DNA from: Amoebidium appalachense
Lineage: Eukaryota; Protista; Ichthyosporea
Direction: 5' to 3'
Assembly: GCA_963693365.1 (NCBI GenBank)
Contig: CAVNZM010000007.1
Coordinates: 3,965,962 to 4,029,961, forward strand
Length of the DNA: 64,000 bases
This document shows, in pieces, positions 63,725-64,000 of this stretch. Each line of letters begins with the position of its first letter. Position 1 is the first letter of the stretch. The translations under genes were made by a program, and so were the position numbers. A model generated the notes under the pieces. The model did not search any database and was not told the DNA's origin. It saw only the letters and a program-made list of their open reading frames with translations.

Positions 63725-64000
63725 TTGTAGCCGTCATCACCTTCCACCTTCTCTCCCCTGATTTCCATCTTCTCTTTCCCCTGGGCACACCGTCCACCAA
63801 CTACTGCCCCACGTTGTGTACCCAGGTCCTCGGGCCTTCCCGCCCATTCTACTCCCCCCTCCTCCCCCCCCTTTCACTCCTCCCCCGCCCCTTCCCCCAA
63901 ACACACCCACACCCACACACACCCCACCCCAAGCCCACCTTTCACCCTAACATGTGTGCGCCCTTCCCCCCCCTTCCCCCCTCCCCCCAAACACCCCCGC

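Overview
Eukaryotic, intron-rich, microsatellite-saturated DNA with (CA)n/(GT)n, (GA)n/(CT)n and many poly-C/poly-G tracts. Gene content and divergence from animal orthologues suggest a unicellular holozoan such as an ichthyosporean (inference only). Nearly all ORFs in the supplied track are repeat artefacts. Manual splicing with phase-consistent GT..AG introns gives seven genes: (1) first exon of an S9A oligopeptidase-B-like gene (-); (2) a 15-exon RSBN1/DPY-21-like JmjC-type demethylase (+) with an unexpected N-terminal ubiquitin-binding-type NZF finger; (3,4) a head-to-head inverted pair of intronless secreted DM9-repeat-like genes; (5) a 6-exon membrane-anchored, cyanobacterial-PhoA-like 5'-nucleotidase/phosphatase (-) with a homopolymer frameshift; (6) a 2-exon atypical Ras-like GTPase with a long disordered tail; (7) a >=12-exon Cbl E3 ligase. 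The most unusual non-coding signal is the intron architecture: many 3' splice sites abut (CA)n instead of a polypyrimidine tract, several introns carry complementary C-run/G-run or (GT)/(AC) arms at their two ends, and donor +4 is degenerate. Two MITE-like elements and two short dispersed intronic repeat families are also present. All calls are by eye; no database searches were run.
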